Below are positions 29,093 through 39,377 of a stretch of 64,000 bases of DNA, in pieces. The DNA comes from Deltaproteobacteria bacterium. GTDB taxonomy: Bacteria; Myxococcota_A; Polyangia; Fen-1088. A program made the position numbers and the translations under genes. The notes below the pieces were generated by a model. That model was not told the DNA's origin. It was given only the letters and a program-made list of their open reading frames with translations, and made no database searches. How positions within the stretch are numbered: position 1 is the stretch's first letter; the number at the start of each line of letters is the position of its first letter. Location: positions 12,912 to 76,911 of the forward strand of contig JANRKS010000036.1 of NCBI GenBank assembly GCA_033763315.1, in the 5' to 3' direction.

Positions 29093-31525
29093 ATGCCTAA
29101 AAAACAAGCTCCGAGCCCGACGCCCCCTGCCCCTGCGTCTCAAACGCGGACGCCCCCGCCAGGTCAAGCCGGGGCAGCGGCCACGATAGCCTCACCGCCG
29201 GTAGCGATGTCGTCGCCTGCCACGGCGCAGGTAAACCAGGCTCCGCAAGCCAAAGCACCCACCCCTTCAGCGCCGCAGCCCAAGGCGAGCACCCCAGCAC
29301 CCGCCGCACCCGTGGCCATGCCCGCCAACGCCAAGCTGGTGCTGTGGGTGGCCTCCGAGGCCGTGCCTTTGGCCTCTACAGGCGGCTTGGGCGACGTGGT
29401 CGGCGCGCTGCCGGGTGTCTTGCGCGACATGGGTTGGGACGTGCGCTTGTGCCTGCCGTATTACCGGCACCAAATCAAACAACCCGTTTCGGCGCCCCTG
29501 TTCCACTTCGACCTGCCGCTGGCCGAACCGTTGGCCGTGGATGTCCGCCAGTTGATCAACCCTCCCGCGGGCGTGCCCACGTACCTCATCGACTGCCCGA
29601 TGCTGTTCGATCGCGTGGGCCTCTACGTGGACGGCAACGGGCCGTTCGTCGATAACCCCTTCCGCTTTGGTGTGTTTCAGTTGGCGGCACAGCGACTGGC
29701 CGCACGATTAGAGCCCACGCCTGCGATCATTCACAGCCATGATTGGCACGCGGCCTTGTTGCCGGCGCTTGTTCGGTTGCCTGGCCCCACCCACGAAAAG
29801 CTCGCCAATGTTCGAACGCTGTTCACCATCCATAACCTTCAGTACCAGGGGGATAGCGATCGCGGCATCATTGAGGCGCTGCGTTTGCCGCCCCAGCTGT
29901 GGGATCCGAATTGGGCGGAGCACTTCGATAGATTCATTCCGCTCAAAGCCGCATTGATGACGGCCGATCGGATCACCACCGTCAGCCCCACGTATGCCGA
30001 AGAGTTGCGTTCGCAAGAGCGCGGCATGGGCTTGGATGGCGTGATCCGAAGCCGGGGCACCGACATGCGCGGTTTGCTCAATGGCATCGATGAGGTGTCG
30101 TGGAACCCGGCGGTGGATCCCGCGTTGGCCGCGCACTTTTCAGCCGCAGAAGTGCAGGGTCGTGCCGCATGCACAAAGGCGCTGCGAGCAGAGCTCGGCT
30201 TACCTGATCGACCAGACCGCCCTTTGATCGGCTTCATCGGTCGTTTGGTGGGTGACAAGGGCGTGGATCTGATTCTCGATGCTTTGCCCGAGCTGCTTGA
30301 TCTCGACGTGCAAGTGGTTGTGCTTGGTTCGGGCGACGCCGCCTTGGAGGCCCGCTTGCGCGCAGCCGAAGCCGCCTATGGTCCGCGTGGCTTCCGCACG
30401 GTGATCAAGTTCGATGCGAAATTGGCGCGCCGGATGTACGCGGCCTTCGATATGCTTTTGGTGCCGTCGCGGCTTGAACCGTGCGGCCTGGTGCAGCTTT
30501 ATGCCCTTCGCTATGGCGCCGTACCCGTGGTTCACGGCGTGGGCGGCCTGCGCGACACCGTTCGCGAGGACGAAAACGGCTTCGTGTTCAATGAGCCCTC
30601 CGCCGTCGCCCTTACCGATGCTGTCACTCGCGCGGTGAGGGTTTGGGACGATCAAATCGCGTGGACCGCCCTGCAGGTCAAAGGCTTGCGGCAAGACTGG
30701 TCGTGGAAAAACGCCGCCGTCCCTTACGATGCGCTTTACCGCGAAGTTCTAAACACCCCGATCCGGCGTTCGTTCACGCCGGCCGTCGTGGTGACGGAAG
30801 CAGCGGCCGCGCGGGCCGGCACGGAGGCCACGGTCACGGATTCGAAGGCCCCAAGCGCCGCGCCACCTCCCCCGGCACCACGGGCCGAAACCACCGCGTT
30901 TCGTTTGATGGTGCAGGGGCCGCGCAGCTTGTTTGCTTATTGGTCCGCCGAGGCCCAAGGCCCCTTCGATCTTGTGGTTGAAGAGCGCCCGTCAGGCGTG
31001 ATGTACACGGCCGCCGCCGATCTGCCCGCCAAAGGCGAACGCTGGTTGGGCGCCTTGCCTGATCAGGCGTATCGCGCGTTCTTGCGTGATCGCGCCGGCC
31101 GCGTGGTGGCGCTATCGAACGCCGTTGTCACACCTTTGCAAGACCCACCTCCCCCGGCCGCAGAACACCCTGAGTGGCTTGAGGCCGCTGTTGAAGTGGG
31201 CGTGTTCAACGAAGACGGCGAAGGCCGGCGTTGGTCAGCCGTATTCAAAGGCGCGCCGGCGTGGACCAAAACCAAAGATGGCAGCGTTGAGCCTTCGTGG
31301 CCCGAAGACGGACATGGTGTGCCCGCCACAGGCCCCGTTCTGGATGGCGTTGGCCGGCCTGTGCCGCACGTAGGTGCCTCAGAAGCTTTGCATGCGCCTG
31401 CGCACAGCAAACGCGACATCAACCTAAGCAACGTGTCGATGCATCCGCCTGAGGGTCATTCCGCCGCGCTGGCCTCTTCTGCCGGCGTCGCACGCTTGGG
31501 ATCTGGTTCGGGACGCACGCGATGA
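29093..31525 (+). CDS. glgA: Glycogen synthase with Pro/Ala N-tail and DUF4912-like C-terminal extension
   Basis: TGGLGDV, HSHDWH, TIHNLQYQG, EPCGL; extra C-terminal part with LMVQGPRSLFAYW. Confidence 0.88.
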   Translation: MPKKQAPSPTPPAPASQTRTPPPGQAGAAATIASPPVAMSSPATAQVNQAPQAKAPTPSAPQPKASTPAPAAPVAMPANAKLVLWVASEAVPLASTGGLGDVVGALPGVLRDMGWDVRLCLPYYRHQIKQPVSAPLFHFDLPLAEPLAVDVRQLINPPAGVPTYLIDCPMLFDRVGLYVDGNGPFVDNPFRFGVFQLAAQRLAARLEPTPAIIHSHDWHAALLPALVRLPGPTHEKLANVRTLFTIHNLQYQGDSDRGIIEALRLPPQLWDPNWAEHFDRFIPLKAALMTADRITTVSPTYAEELRSQERGMGLDGVIRSRGTDMRGLLNGIDEVSWNPAVDPALAAHFSAAEVQGRAACTKALRAELGLPDRPDRPLIGFIGRLVGDKGVDLILDALPELLDLDVQVVVLGSGDAALEARLRAAEAAYGPRGFRTVIKFDAKLARRMYAAFDMLLVPSRLEPCGLVQLYALRYGAVPVVHGVGGLRDTVREDENGFVFNEPSAVALTDAVTRAVRVWDDQIAWTALQVKGLRQDWSWKNAAVPYDALYREVLNTPIRRSFTPAVVVTEAAAARAGTEATVTDSKAPSAAPPPPAPRAETTAFRLMVQGPRSLFAYWSAEAQGPFDLVVEERPSGVMYTAAADLPAKGERWLGALPDQAYRAFLRDRAGRVVALSNAVVTPLQDPPPPAAEHPEWLEAAVEVGVFNEDGEGRRWSAVFKGAPAWTKTKDGSVEPSWPEDGHGVPATGPVLDGVGRPVPHVGASEALHAPAHSKRDINLSNVSMHPPEGHSAALASSAGVARLGSGSGRTR

Positions 31526-33099
31526 TGCCCGCGAAGTTGTGTTTGGTTTTGCACGCGCACTTGCCCTTCGTGCGCCACCCTGAACACGAAGATTTTCTTG
31601 AAGAAGACTGGCTGTTCGAAGCCATCACTGAGTCCTACGTGCCGGTGTGGAGCCGCCTGGTGAAGTTGGCGGATGAGGGCATCCGTTTTGGCATCACGCT
31701 GACGATCTCTCCCACGCTTGCAGCCATGCTGGATGATGTGTTGTTGCGCAAGCGCCTGCACCGCTATGTTGAGCGGTTGCTGCGCTTGTCCGAAACACAA
31801 GCGCAAGTGCATAGCCTTAGTTTGCAAGGCGACACTGCTCGCCAGGTGTTGCACCGGTGCCAAGAAACGTTGACGTTCTTGGCCCGTTGGAAAGATGATT
31901 TGCTGGCGCCCCTGCGCCACTTGCAGTCGCTTGGTTGTGTGGAGATCGCAGGCTGCAACGGGACACACGGCCTGCTGCCACTGATGAGCTCAGAGGCCGC
32001 GCGCCGCGCGCAGATCCGCGCCGGTGTGGATGCCCACGCGCGCAACTTTGGCCGCCGCCCGCGGGGCCTGTGGCTGGCCGAGTGCGGTTTTGACAACGGC
32101 ATCGACGAACTGTTGGCAGAAGCCGATGTCCAGTTCTTTTTCGTGGACGCCGCGGCCATCGAACGTGGTCGCCCGCCCTCACCGTTTGGCTTGTTTTCCC
32201 CGGTAAAAACCGGCTCTGGTGTGGCCGCGTTTGCGCGCGATCACGAAACCGGCCGCCAAGTGTGGAGCGGCGATCAAGGTTACCCCGGGGATCCGGCCTA
32301 CCGCGAATTCCACCGCGATTTTGGCCACGAAGCCAAACTTGAAGACATCGCGCCGTTTCTGCCGCCCGATGGCCGGCGACGTCCGATGGGCCTCAAATAT
32401 TATAGGGTCACAGGCCGCGACGTGCCTCTGCACGAAAAGCAGCTTTACGATCCAGCGGCGGCTTTGGCGCGCGCCCGCGTTCATGCCGCTGACTTTGTTG
32501 TGAACCGGCAACGCCAGGCGCAAGCGCTGTCGGCCAGCATGGCGGAGGCCCCCGTCATCACCGCTTGCTACGACGCCGAGTTGTTTGGGCACTGGTGGTA
32601 CGAGGGCCCCGCGTTTTTGGAGGAAGTGCTGCGGCTCTTGGCCCGCACCCCCGAAATTCAAAGCGCCACCACGGCCAGTGTGATGGATGAAGACCGCACG
32701 TTGCCTCACCAAAACGTGGCACCATCAACCTGGGGCGCGGAGAGCAGCAACAAAGTGTGGCTGAACCCCGACACAACGTGGGTCTATCCCGAATTGCACA
32801 AGGCCGAAGCGCGCATGCAAACGTTGGTGCGTCGCTTTGGCAACGAAGACGGCATCACCGCACGCGCCCTTCGCCAGTTGGGCCGCGAGCTCTTGTTGGC
32901 TCAAAGCAGCGACTGGACGTTCTTGATCACGTTGGGCACGGCGCCCGAATATGGCCGCGCACGCTTACGTGAACATTTGGAGGCCTTTGCACGATTGGCC
33001 CACGCGCTTGAAACCGATTCCTTGCGTGATGGCGATCTGATCGCACGCGAGACGCGCACGCCGCTGTTTCCCGACCTCGACGTCACAGCTTGGACGTAG
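31522..33099 (+). CDS. GH57 glucan branching enzyme (DUF1957 type)
   Basis: LHAHLPFVRHPE, WLFEAITESY, GLWLAEC, YDAELFGHWWYEG, RELLLAQSSDW. Confidence 0.93.
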   Translation: MMPAKLCLVLHAHLPFVRHPEHEDFLEEDWLFEAITESYVPVWSRLVKLADEGIRFGITLTISPTLAAMLDDVLLRKRLHRYVERLLRLSETQAQVHSLSLQGDTARQVLHRCQETLTFLARWKDDLLAPLRHLQSLGCVEIAGCNGTHGLLPLMSSEAARRAQIRAGVDAHARNFGRRPRGLWLAECGFDNGIDELLAEADVQFFFVDAAAIERGRPPSPFGLFSPVKTGSGVAAFARDHETGRQVWSGDQGYPGDPAYREFHRDFGHEAKLEDIAPFLPPDGRRRPMGLKYYRVTGRDVPLHEKQLYDPAAALARARVHAADFVVNRQRQAQALSASMAEAPVITACYDAELFGHWWYEGPAFLEEVLRLLARTPEIQSATTASVMDEDRTLPHQNVAPSTWGAESSNKVWLNPDTTWVYPELHKAEARMQTLVRRFGNEDGITARALRQLGRELLLAQSSDWTFLITLGTAPEYGRARLREHLEAFARLAHALETDSLRDGDLIARETRTPLFPDLDVTAWT

Positions 33100-33240
33100 G
33101 CGCGGCGGGCACGGCAGCGTCGAGCAAAGCCACGCGCTAAAGCAGCCGTTTGAACTCAAAGCGCTGAAATGTCGCAAGCATGCCGCTGCGATCGGGTGCG
33201 CGGTTCACCAACGCGGCGGGCTCAGTTGGTCATGACAATG

Positions 33241-34122
33241 CTATAGCGCCTGCCAGCGCTTGGGGGCCGCCTTCAATGTGGTGACGCCCAGGGCATCGCA
33301 CCACGCAAGAAACGGCTCGCGAGGCACGCCGGTGAACGCAAGCTCATGCAACGTGTGTGGCAAGGGCGCATCGTTTACCAGCGTCGCAAGCTTGCGGTAC
33401 AGCAAAGCTTCCTCTCGATGCCTGCAAAGGGTGGCCGCCAGGACTGGCGCCCCGCGGACCTTCACCGTCCAATCCGAAGCGTCGGAGGGGATCGCCTCAA
33501 GGTGCTTGTACTTCCCCAGCAACAACCCAGCGCTCTTTTCGCCAAAACCGGGCAGCCCCGGAATGCCGTCGGCGCTATCGCCTGTGAGGGCAAGGTAATC
33601 GGGCATGCTGAGTGGACCGAAGCCACGCTGTTCGCGAAACGAAGCTTCTGTGATCAGCTTCTTTTGGCGACGATCGATCTGAACCACGCGATCGCCGTCC
33701 AAGCATTGCCCGAGATCTTTGTCGGGGGTTAGGATCCTCACCTGTTCGACCTGCGGCTTGAAACGCGACGCCCCGGTGGCGAGGCCATCGTCCGCCTCGT
33801 GGTCGCGCATCGACCACACCGCCACCCCTAGGGCACGCACGGCCTCCTCAGCGGCATCGAATTGCGAACGCAAGGCTGGTTCCACACCCTCGTCGCTTTT
33901 GTAGTCGGCGAACAGATCGTTGCGAAAAGAGCGAATGGGATTGTCGAAGGCGACCGCAATGTGGGTCACGGCCTCCTCTTCATCGTGCAGCAAAGCCAAC
34001 AGCGACGCGACAATTCCCACCGTGGCCTTGGCCGTGCGCCCATGCGGCGCGATGTGATCCGGGCGCGGCGAATAATGAGCGCGAAAGAGCTCGTAGGTTC
34101 CGTCCACAAGGTGCAGCCGCAT
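33241..34122 (-). CDS. 5'-3' exonuclease / flap endonuclease
   Basis: LVDGTYELFR, EADD, DKDL, GDSADGIPGLPGFGEKSA. Confidence 0.92.
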   Translation of the reverse strand: MRLHLVDGTYELFRAHYSPRPDHIAPHGRTAKATVGIVASLLALLHDEEEAVTHIAVAFDNPIRSFRNDLFADYKSDEGVEPALRSQFDAAEEAVRALGVAVWSMRDHEADDGLATGASRFKPQVEQVRILTPDKDLGQCLDGDRVVQIDRRQKKLITEASFREQRGFGPLSMPDYLALTGDSADGIPGLPGFGEKSAGLLLGKYKHLEAIPSDASDWTVKVRGAPVLAATLCRHREEALLYRKLATLVNDAPLPHTLHELAFTGVPREPFLAWCDALGVTTLKAAPKRWQAL

Positions 34123-34426
34123 AGGCGCTCAGTTTACCGTATAGACACCGTTGCGCCGGCTGAGTTAACAGCACGTTGCCCTGACACGACACCTCGGTTT
34201 CTTTTGCAAGGGTCCGCGTCCCCAGCGCGTTCTTTGCTTGAAATCGATACCTCCATGCCGAAGCATGAATCTCACATTGGGTGCTGCACGTGTTTGCAAA
34301 CAGATCGTTCTTGGCGCAGCTGCCGCCAACAGCGCGCCCCTTGGTGAAAGCGGTTGCCCGGCGCCCGGGCCGGTCGGCATCCTCGTCTTGACCCACGCCA
34401 GGTCATATGACAGGACTAGCGGTGCT

Positions 34427-34798
34427 GTGAGACACCTGCGAAACCAAGCCCAGCTGTGCCCCCGCACGTTGTCGCTTGTCTTCGCGCTGTACATCCTGCT
34501 GATGTTCGTCGGCCGTGTGCAGTCCGTGTCACTCGTCAATTTTCTGACCCAGCTGGGATCGGACGCGGAGCCATCTACACCCGCCAGCGTCGCCGTGTTC
34601 GCCGAGCACGATGATGACAGCGACAAAAAGTCCTTCACGAACGAATGGGACGAGGACGACAAGTGTCATTCGCCGCTGCCGCTGTTTGCAGCGACATACC
34701 CGGATGTGAGCCACCGTTTGCAGCTGCATGGGCCCGCCCTGGTCTTTGCCTCGGGTTCCTCGCGTTCGTTTTTCTGTCGCGGCCCGCCGCGCGCCTAA
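34427..34798 (+). CDS. Small membrane-anchored leader protein with C-terminal RGPP motif (possible arrest peptide)
   Basis: Hydrophobic LSLVFALYILLMFVG, acidic linker, ends FCRGPPRA*; start uncertain (GTG 34427; ORF open from 34238). Confidence 0.6.
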   Translation: MRHLRNQAQLCPRTLSLVFALYILLMFVGRVQSVSLVNFLTQLGSDAEPSTPASVAVFAEHDDDSDKKSFTNEWDEDDKCHSPLPLFAATYPDVSHRLQLHGPALVFASGSSRSFFCRGPPRA

Positions 34799-35028
34799 GG
34801 CTGTGATCGCCCCCCCCGTTGAACACCGATCGCGGTTGTTCGACGCACGTCTTTGTGCCATCACCGGCCTGGGGCCATGTAGCCATCAGGACCAACCACC
34901 GCCGTGCTTCGCCGCCTCAGGTGGCATCCGGTGTTTTTCCTAAACCGGCAACTCTGTTCGCGCGCCTACGGTAACGCCCCGAGCCCGCGAAACGTGTTCC
35001 TCATCCCGCAACGTTTAGAGCCAGAACC

Positions 35029-36111
35029 ATGAATAAGATTATTCCGCTCCTGACCGTGGCCGTCTCTTTTGCCAACCCGGGCTGCCATTCGCAAGAACAC
35101 AAGCACCACGAGATCCCGAAGTACCTTGTCACCAAGCCCCTCATCAAAGACACGGACATCACCGCCGAGTACGTGTGTCAGATCCGCTCCGTGCAGCACA
35201 TTGAGCTGCGGGCGCTAGAACGGGGCTACCTGCAAGGCGTGTTCGTCGACGAGGGGCAGTCGGTCAAAAAGGGGCAGCAGATGTTCCAGATCATGCCGCT
35301 CGTTTATAAGGCCGAATTGCAAAAGGCTGAGGCGGAGGCCGAGTTCACAAGAATCGAATATCAAAACACCAAGCTTCTGTCTGACAGCAAAGTCGTCTCG
35401 CAAAACGAACTAGCGTTGGCGAAAGCCAAGCTTGATAAGGCACAAGCCGAGGTTGAATTGGCCAAGGTTCACCTAAGCCTCACCAGCATTAAGGCCCCGT
35501 TCGACGGAATTATGGATCGCTTCCGCGTGCGGCTCGGCAGCCTCGTGGAAGAGGGGGAGTTGCTCACCACCTTGTCTGACAACAGCAAGGTTTGGGCCTA
35601 CTTCAACGTCACCGAATCGGACTACCTGACCTTCGGGCTGCACTCCCAAGAAGACAGCTTGATGCAAGTGAAGCTGATTATGGCCAACAACCAGCTGTTC
35701 GAGCACGGTGGCCGGGTTGAAACCGTTGAGGCAGATTTCAACAACGAGACGGGCAACATCGCCTTTCGTGCCACTTTTCCGAACCCCAAGGGCCTGTTGC
35801 GGCATGGCGAAACCGGCAAGGTCCTTATGACCTTGCCACTCAAGCAGGCGCTGCTGATTCCACAGAAGGCCACGTTCGAGATCTTGGACAAGCGATACGT
35901 GTTCGTCGTTGATGACAAGAACACGATTCGCTCGCGGTTGATAACGGTCGCACACGAGGTGCCAAACCTTTACGTCCTTAAAGAGGGTCTGGCGCCGAAC
36001 GACACCATTTTGCTGGACGGCTTGCGTAAAGTCCGCAACGGAGACGAGATCGCTTTGGACTTCAAAGAGCCGGCGGAAGTCGTCGCGCACCTGGCCTTGC
36101 CGGCGGAATAG
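35029..36111 (+). CDS. RND efflux periplasmic adaptor (MFP)
   Basis: VFVDEGQSVKKGQ, IKAPFDG, ETGNIAFRATFPNP. Confidence 0.93.
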   Translation: MNKIIPLLTVAVSFANPGCHSQEHKHHEIPKYLVTKPLIKDTDITAEYVCQIRSVQHIELRALERGYLQGVFVDEGQSVKKGQQMFQIMPLVYKAELQKAEAEAEFTRIEYQNTKLLSDSKVVSQNELALAKAKLDKAQAEVELAKVHLSLTSIKAPFDGIMDRFRVRLGSLVEEGELLTTLSDNSKVWAYFNVTESDYLTFGLHSQEDSLMQVKLIMANNQLFEHGGRVETVEADFNNETGNIAFRATFPNPKGLLRHGETGKVLMTLPLKQALLIPQKATFEILDKRYVFVVDDKNTIRSRLITVAHEVPNLYVLKEGLAPNDTILLDGLRKVRNGDEIALDFKEPAEVVAHLALPAE

Positions 36112-36212
36112 ACCAACGCGCCCGCTTTTTGGGGTTGAGTCCGCTTAATGATGGGCTCCATCACACCCGGCGTGCGCTCTCGGATCGTTTCACCATCACA
36201 GGAATCGCACCT

Positions 36213-39200
36213 ATGTTTACCAAATTTATTCACAGACCCGTTCTGGCGATCGTCGTTTCGCTCGTGCTCATGTTCCTAGGCACGCTCGCCATAAAAACAC
36301 TGCCCGTGTCGCAGTTTCCGTCGATCGCGCCGCCGCTCGTGCTTGTGTCGATCGCTTACCCCGGCGCCAGCGCCGACGTGTTGGTGAAGTCCACACTGAT
36401 TCCGCTCGAACGCTCAATCAACGGCGTCCAGGGCATGAAATACATCGTGTCCGATGCCACCAGCGCCGGTGAAGCGGTCATCCAAGTTGTGTTCGACCTC
36501 GACGAAGATCCGAACCGAGCGGTGGTTAACGTGAAGAACCGCGTGGATCAGGTGATCAACCAGCTGCCGCCCCTGGTGCAACGCGAAGGCGTGGTTGTCT
36601 CGCCCGTGCAGCCCAGCATGTTGATGTATGTCAACCTCTACAGCAAAGAGAAGGACACGGATGAGAAGTTTCTCTACAACTTCGCAAACGTAAACCTTCT
36701 GCCCGAGATCCAACGTATCAAAGGCATCGGCCAAGCGCGCATCCTGGGCAGCCGCCAGTATGCCATGCGCATCTGGTTGGACCCGGATCGCATGCGCGCC
36801 TACAACATCTCCACCACCGAGGTGATGGAGTCGATCGACAAGCAAAGCGTCATCGGTCGTCCAGGTCGCACGGGCATTGCTTCAGGCAAACAATCGCAAG
36901 CCCTGGAATACGTGCTCACCTATTCGGGCCGTTACAACAAGCCCGAAGAATATGAAAACATCATCGTGCGAGCGAATCCCGAGGGTGAGTTTATTCACCT
37001 CAAAGATATCGCGAAGGTAGAGCTCGGCAGCGAGTTCTTCGACATCTACTCCAACATGAATGGCTATCCCTCGGCAGCCATCGTGCTCAAGCAGACTTAC
37101 GGCAGCAACGCGAGCCAGGTCATCGAAAGCGTCAAGCTGAAGCTGGAAGAGCTCAAAGCCACCACCTTTCCAGCCGGCATGGATTACGAGATCAGCTACG
37201 ACGTTTCAACCTTCTTGGACGCCTCGATTGAGAAGGTTATCCACACGCTGGTCGAAGCGTTCATCCTGGTGGCGTTGGTGGTTTTCCTGTTCTTGGGCGA
37301 TTGGCGCTCGACCCTGATCCCCACCTTGGCCGTGCCCGTGTCGCTCGTCGGCACGTTTGCGTTCATGCCGTTGTTTGGTCTTTCACTGAACTTGATCACC
37401 CTGTTCGCGTTGGTGCTTGCGATCGGCATCGTGGTCGACAACGCGATCGTCGTGGTCGAGGCCGTTCACGCGAAGATGCACGAAGAGCACCTGGCACCCT
37501 ATGAAGCCGTGCAAAAGGTTTTGGGCGAAATCAGCGGCGCCGTCATCGCGATTACGCTGATGATGACCGCGGTCTTCGTGCCGGTGGCATTCATGACGGG
37601 GCCGGTGGGCGTGTTTTATCGGCAGTTCGCCATCACGATGGCCACCTCCATTGTGCTGTCCGGTGTGGTGGCGCTAACCCTCACGCCCGTGCTGTGTGCC
37701 ATGATCCTTAAACACAACCACGGCGCGCGAAAGAAGCGCACACCGATCGGGGTGCTGCTTGATGTCTTTAACCGGTGGTTCGAACACGTTACCGGCCGCT
37801 ATGTGGGCCTGCTCAAGCTCATCGTGAACCGTCGGAGCGTCACGTTTCTCATGCTCGTGGGCTTCAGCATGGGCGTGTTGGGGCTCAGCAAGGTGCTGCC
37901 GGCGGGCTTTATTCCCAACGAAGACCAGGGGATGATTTACGCCATCATTCAAACGCCGCCCGGCTCAACGCTTGAACGCACCAACGATGTGTCTCGCCAT
38001 TTGCAGGCGATCGCCGAAAAAGTGGAAGGCATCGAATCTGTCTCGTCGCTGGCAGGCTACGAAGTTTTGACCGAAGGCCGCGGCTCCAACGCCGGCACGT
38101 GTCTTATCAACTTGAAAAACTGGTCGAAGCGCAAACACACGGTTCGCCAGATCCTGGAAGAGCTGGAAGAAAAGTCGAAAGACATGGGCGCCGTGATCGA
38201 GTTCTTCGAACCACCGGCGGTGCCCGGCTACGGTGCGGCAGGCGGCTTTGCGTTGCGCTTGCTGGATAAGACCAACAGCGACGACTACCACGCGTTCGAC
38301 AAACTGAACAAAGAGTTCATGGATGCCTTGGGCAAGCGCAAAGAGCTGACGGGGTTGTTCACATTCTTTGCTGCCAACTACCCGCAATACGAGTTGCTCA
38401 TCGACAACGAGTTGGCGATGCAAAAGGGCGTGTCGATCGGCGCCGCGATGGAAAACCTGGACATTCTCATCGGCAGCACCTACGACCAGGGATTCGTGCG
38501 TTTCGGGCGCTTTTTCAAAGTCTATACGCAGGCTGCGCCTGAGTTTCGGCGCTTGCCTTCGGACATCATGAAGCTTTACGTGAAGAACGATCACGACGAA
38601 ATGGTGCCCTACTCTGCGTTCATGAAGATGCGCAAGACGCAGGGTCCAAATGAGATCACGCGCTACAACCTCTACGGATCAGCTGCCATCCGTGGCGAGC
38701 CCAGCAAGGGCTACACCAGCGCCGACGCGATCGCCGTGGTGCAAGAGGTGGCAAGGCAGACCCTGCCGCGTGGTTACGAAGTGGCTTGGGAAGGCCTATC
38801 GTTCGACGAAGCGGCCCGTGGCAATGAGGCCATCTACATTTTTCTCGTGGTGTTGACCTTCGTGTACCTGGTATTGGCGGCACAATACGAAAGCTTCATC
38901 ATTCCCTTGGCGGTTGTGCTCTCGTTGCCTGCGGGCGTTTTCGGCTCGTTTTTGCTCTTGAAGGTTCTGGGCTTGGCCAACGACATCTACGCGCAGGTTG
39001 GTCTGGTCATGCTTGTGGGGCTACTGGGTAAGAACGCCGTGTTGATCGTTGAGTTTGCTGTGCAGAAGCACCACGCGGGCATGTCAGTTCTCGACGCGGC
39101 CATTGAAGGCGCAAAGGTGCGCTTCCGTCCCATCTTGATGACGTCGTTCGCATTCATCGCGGGCTTGGTTCCGATGGTGGGCGCCACCGGCCCTGGTGCC

Positions 39201-39377
39201 GTGGGGAACCGAACGATTGGTTCGTCGGCGTTGGGCGGCATGTTTTTCGGAACGATGTTTGGCGTGATCATCGTGCCAGGCCTTTACTTCGTCTTCGGCA
39301 AACTCGCAGAACGCAAGACACTGATCAGGGATGAAGAAGAAACCTCTGTAACCGAAGAGATAACCCACCATGCGTAG
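36213..39377 (+). CDS. RND efflux permease (HAE1/AcrB family)
   Basis: MFTKFIHRPV, AIGIVVDNAIVVVE, GKNAVLIVEFA, RFRPILMTS. Confidence 0.96.
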   Translation: MFTKFIHRPVLAIVVSLVLMFLGTLAIKTLPVSQFPSIAPPLVLVSIAYPGASADVLVKSTLIPLERSINGVQGMKYIVSDATSAGEAVIQVVFDLDEDPNRAVVNVKNRVDQVINQLPPLVQREGVVVSPVQPSMLMYVNLYSKEKDTDEKFLYNFANVNLLPEIQRIKGIGQARILGSRQYAMRIWLDPDRMRAYNISTTEVMESIDKQSVIGRPGRTGIASGKQSQALEYVLTYSGRYNKPEEYENIIVRANPEGEFIHLKDIAKVELGSEFFDIYSNMNGYPSAAIVLKQTYGSNASQVIESVKLKLEELKATTFPAGMDYEISYDVSTFLDASIEKVIHTLVEAFILVALVVFLFLGDWRSTLIPTLAVPVSLVGTFAFMPLFGLSLNLITLFALVLAIGIVVDNAIVVVEAVHAKMHEEHLAPYEAVQKVLGEISGAVIAITLMMTAVFVPVAFMTGPVGVFYRQFAITMATSIVLSGVVALTLTPVLCAMILKHNHGARKKRTPIGVLLDVFNRWFEHVTGRYVGLLKLIVNRRSVTFLMLVGFSMGVLGLSKVLPAGFIPNEDQGMIYAIIQTPPGSTLERTNDVSRHLQAIAEKVEGIESVSSLAGYEVLTEGRGSNAGTCLINLKNWSKRKHTVRQILEELEEKSKDMGAVIEFFEPPAVPGYGAAGGFALRLLDKTNSDDYHAFDKLNKEFMDALGKRKELTGLFTFFAANYPQYELLIDNELAMQKGVSIGAAMENLDILIGSTYDQGFVRFGRFFKVYTQAAPEFRRLPSDIMKLYVKNDHDEMVPYSAFMKMRKTQGPNEITRYNLYGSAAIRGEPSKGYTSADAIAVVQEVARQTLPRGYEVAWEGLSFDEAARGNEAIYIFLVVLTFVYLVLAAQYESFIIPLAVVLSLPAGVFGSFLLLKVLGLANDIYAQVGLVMLVGLLGKNAVLIVEFAVQKHHAGMSVLDAAIEGAKVRFRPILMTSFAFIAGLVPMVGATGPGAVGNRTIGSSALGGMFFGTMFGVIIVPGLYFVFGKLAERKTLIRDEEETSVTEEITHHA

